Virus record (IMG/VR): IMGVR_UViG_3300013094_000050
Span: 1 to 62,206 of that record
DNA length: 62,206 nt
Origin: a virus
Taxonomy: Duplodnaviria; Caudoviricetes
Direction: 5' to 3' (one strand)
Both the position numbers and the translations under genes were made by a program. Of this stretch, positions 59,664-62,206 are shown piece by piece (the stretch's first letter is position 1; each line of letters begins with the position of its first letter). The notes beneath the pieces were generated by a model. The model had not been told where the DNA came from and searched no databases. It saw nothing but the letters and a program-made list of their open reading frames with translations.

Positions 59664-60737
59664 TTATGCGTCAAAGCCCAACAAGGCTATGACAACTTTG
59701 CCGTAGGGCACTGGAGTGGTGAAGTTTAAGAAATATCCCGTACCGCTGGCACTTGTTTTTACGATAGTGTATGTGGTATTAACTGCCACTGTACTGGTTA
59801 TAGTGCCTGGGCTGAATGTAACACTGACCAGTGCATCAGTGTTAGGATCAGTAACATAACTAGAAATAGTTGAACCAGCCAAGTTGGTTCCTGAAATTGT
59901 TGCACCCACCAAATTCACAGTTGGATATACTGCGCCAACAGCATCAATTTCTCCGCCATTGTTATAAGTAGCGGTAGCTGTACTGGTGTAACTGACACTA
60001 TTTACTGCACTAGCTGTAACTGTAAACGAACCGTTGTAAGTACCAGGACCAGTTGAGTTGATTCCTGTTACACTAATAGTTGCTCCAACTGCAAACGGAA
60101 TTTGTGTTTGCGTGGTAAAAGTCAATGTAACCGTACTACCATTTCCACTTGCTCCTGTAACAAACAAACTGGTATTAAAATATAAAGTTGTGGAACCTAC
60201 AGTGGCATTATAACTTAATTTTGGACTATAAGTTTCTGCTGGCAATGTGGGATTTTGTACTATTGTATAGTTGATACCACTGACCTGTATTACGTTTTCC
60301 ACAATTACTAAAACATTTTGTGCTCCAACAGTTGCACCGTTAGCATTGTTGCCAGGATTATAATATGTACTATTCAACGGGCCAAAAAATAAATTTTGAC
60401 TGTCGCCTGCGCCTAAATTTTGTTGGATGATTGTACCTTGTTCTGTAAATCTCAATGCTCTCCAACGACCAGCACTATATACTTCTACCTGACCACCTGA
60501 AATAGCATCTGTATTATAACGAATCATGCCATTAACAGGTCCGCCGCTTCGCGCAAGAGTATTACCAGTAGGCAATATCAAACTACCAGTATTATTATTC
60601 ATGTAAACAGTATTTGTTGAATTAATATATGTACTAGTACCAACATTTACATAAAAATTCTGCTGGTTGGCATCGACATATACTGTATTGTCGTTAGCTG
60701 TTCTACGATTTAAGGTTTGACGATTAAGGTATCTCAT
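59664..60737 (-). CDS. Virion structural protein
   Basis: LP.G.T..R...NGMIRYNT motif shared with the fibre proteins; IIQQNLGAGD, VIVENVIQ. Confidence 0.78.
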   Translation of the reverse strand: MRYLNRQTLNRRTANDNTVYVDANQQNFYVNVGTSTYINSTNTVYMNNNTGSLILPTGNTLARSGGPVNGMIRYNTDAISGGQVEVYSAGRWRALRFTEQGTIIQQNLGAGDSQNLFFGPLNSTYYNPGNNANGATVGAQNVLVIVENVIQVSGINYTIVQNPTLPAETYSPKLSYNATVGSTTLYFNTSLFVTGASGNGSTVTLTFTTQTQIPFAVGATISVTGINSTGPGTYNGSFTVTASAVNSVSYTSTATATYNNGGEIDAVGAVYPTVNLVGATISGTNLAGSTISSYVTDPNTDALVSVTFSPGTITSTVAVNTTYTIVKTSASGTGYFLNFTTPVPYGKVVIALLGFDA

Positions 60738-61090
60738 TATACAGGTAATGTGCTTATTGTAATTGTTAGTGTAGATGCTGCACTAGAAACTGCTACGATT
60801 GAATCATACGGACCTAATACTAATTTTTCTTGATCTAAACTTACAGTTTCGTATGGTGGAACTGGAATGGCATTTATAACCATATTTGCTACACCCGGTG
60901 TGCCTAATGCCAATCCTGCACCACTTGAACTCGGTACAACATAAAGTGTAAGAGTTGCATTTGTACTGCTAGTTGTATTACAAATCATTATGCATGTAAT
61001 TGCATTACCTACTTGAGGTGAAGTAACTGAACTGGTATAAACTAACCCTGCTCCAGTTGTTGTTGCTACTACGGATGATGTAATTGCCAT
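60737..61090 (-). CDS. Small virion beta-sandwich protein
   Basis: AITCIMICN...LTLYVVP...ETVSLDQEKLVL; resembles 48843..49175. Confidence 0.75.
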   Translation of the reverse strand: MAITSSVVATTTGAGLVYTSSVTSPQVGNAITCIMICNTTSSTNATLTLYVVPSSSGAGLALGTPGVANMVINAIPVPPYETVSLDQEKLVLGPYDSIVAVSSAASTLTITISTLPV

Positions 61091-61099
61091 TGTAAATCC

Positions 61100-62110
61100 T
61101 TATAATAATATGCTGTAAAGAACTGCTTTATGTCTACTTATTAATTCATCTGGAACTGGCGCAACTGTAGTACTTGTAAAATATACTCCTGAACCACCAG
61201 GGCCAACTGTTGAGCTTGAATAAATTTTTGTAGTTCCCGAAATAGCACCAGGTGTCGATTGATTAGTTAAACCTAACACACTATTAATAGAAACATTGCC
61301 GTTATTAGCTTGAATAGTAAGTGTACTAGATCCGCTAGTATCTTGTATGGTATTTCCTGATATTACAATATTACCTGCTGATAAACCTGCACTGCTTATT
61401 TGTACTTCTAATGACCCGCCAATTGTAAAATCAATAGTAGTAGCTGTAGTGGCAATTGAAGTATCGGCACTAGATATTGGACTAGTTACTGGAAATTGTA
61501 CTGTTGAAACAGTAGCTGTTCCTTGTGCACCTGGATTTAGTGCGCTCCATGTACTAGCAATATATGTTTGAATAAATCCTAAAGTTGCAATATCATTTAC
61601 GTTTGATATCAAACTTGAATAATTTGGGCTATTCACAACTTTTAATACCGCTGTAGAAGAACTTTGTAAATCAAATCCTAAATCTGACACTCCATCATTT
61701 GTGATTGTCCTCAAAGACAAACCAGATAGTGCTGTACTATTAGTGGAAGTATTTCTTGTTTGTAATACAAATGTTCCTTGAACTTCTGAATTTGTCGAAG
61801 TATCATAATGGAAAATTTGTTCGCTGAATAATATTTGTGCAGATGGAGCTGAACCTCGTTCAATTTCAATACCTGATTGGTAACCTAAAGCACTACTAAT
61901 ACCACTTCCGGTAGCACCATAATTCAATTGAATTATATTATCTGCGACTGTGGTATTGGTAGACTCTACCGTTGTAGTAGTACCTTTAACGTCAAGATTA
62001 CCTGTGATAGTAACTAACCCAGCGTTAGTTCCAGTGTCGAGATAAATGTTACCTCCACTTTGAACTTGTATTCTGTAATCACCGTTACTTACTTTGAGTA
62101 CTCTTGACAT
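61100..62110 (-). CDS. Fibre-like virion protein
   Basis: TITGNLDVKGTTTTVESTNTTVADNIIQLN and SGIEIERG fibre motifs. Confidence 0.78.
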   Translation of the reverse strand: MSRVLKVSNGDYRIQVQSGGNIYLDTGTNAGLVTITGNLDVKGTTTTVESTNTTVADNIIQLNYGATGSGISSALGYQSGIEIERGSAPSAQILFSEQIFHYDTSTNSEVQGTFVLQTRNTSTNSTALSGLSLRTITNDGVSDLGFDLQSSSTAVLKVVNSPNYSSLISNVNDIATLGFIQTYIASTWSALNPGAQGTATVSTVQFPVTSPISSADTSIATTATTIDFTIGGSLEVQISSAGLSAGNIVISGNTIQDTSGSSTLTIQANNGNVSINSVLGLTNQSTPGAISGTTKIYSSSTVGPGGSGVYFTSTTVAPVPDELISRHKAVLYSILL

Positions 62111-62128
62111 TTAAGGTCCTTGTGTTAA

Positions 62129-62206
62129 TTAACTGTTATCAATAGTAACAGTTGAGTTCAATGTTGGAGATGTTAAATTCCAAGGAACTGCTTGCTCGTT
62201 AGCAAA
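62129..62206 (-). CDS. C-terminus of an upstream structural gene (partial)
   Basis: Open frame FANEQAVPWNLTSPTLNSTVTIDNS* running from the window edge. Confidence 0.55.
   Translation of the reverse strand, partial: FANEQAVPWNLTSPTLNSTVTIDNS

Noticed and set aside
24140-61571. Many plus-strand ORFs (60-170 aa, rich in V/P/L) within the giant genes
   Set aside because: Antisense shadows of Thr/Gly/Ser codon bias; no RBS, promoter or recognisable motifs
1-62206. Stop-codon reassignment, introns or inteins
   Set aside because: ORFs up to 14.8 kb are intact in the standard code and tile densely; no obvious intein or intron motifs were seen

Overview
This is an AT-rich, gene-dense segment of a large T4-like (jumbo myovirus) phage genome covering virion morphogenesis. 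From 1 to 13.7 kb it encodes probable head-internal proteins, a possible small terminase, gp4 head completion, a tube-related protein, tail tube, a 1095-aa tail sheath, an HNH-like protein, dNMP kinase, neck gp13/gp14, gp15 and a NUDIX hydrolase. From 13.7 to 22.2 kb is an accessory tailoring cassette: several 2OG-Fe(II) oxygenases, a NodU/CmcH carbamoyltransferase and a GT9-like glycosyltransferase. Its minus-strand operon has a perfect sigma70 promoter wrapped in a 14-bp inverted repeat, and it lies next to an unusually Cys-rich fibre protein. From 22.2 to 62.2 kb are giant Ser/Thr-rich fibre/baseplate proteins (4936, 3268, 1999 and 1442 aa, in two paralogous pairs) interleaved with small paralogous adaptor-like proteins. 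Notable signals are T4-type late promoters (TAAATA), several apparently leaderless; a GC-rich structured 5' leader at about 55.2 kb; matched 96-aa repeat arrays in two paralogs; shared modules inserted in frame; and phycobiliprotein-like helical repeats. All product calls come from motif recognition by eye, with no database search.
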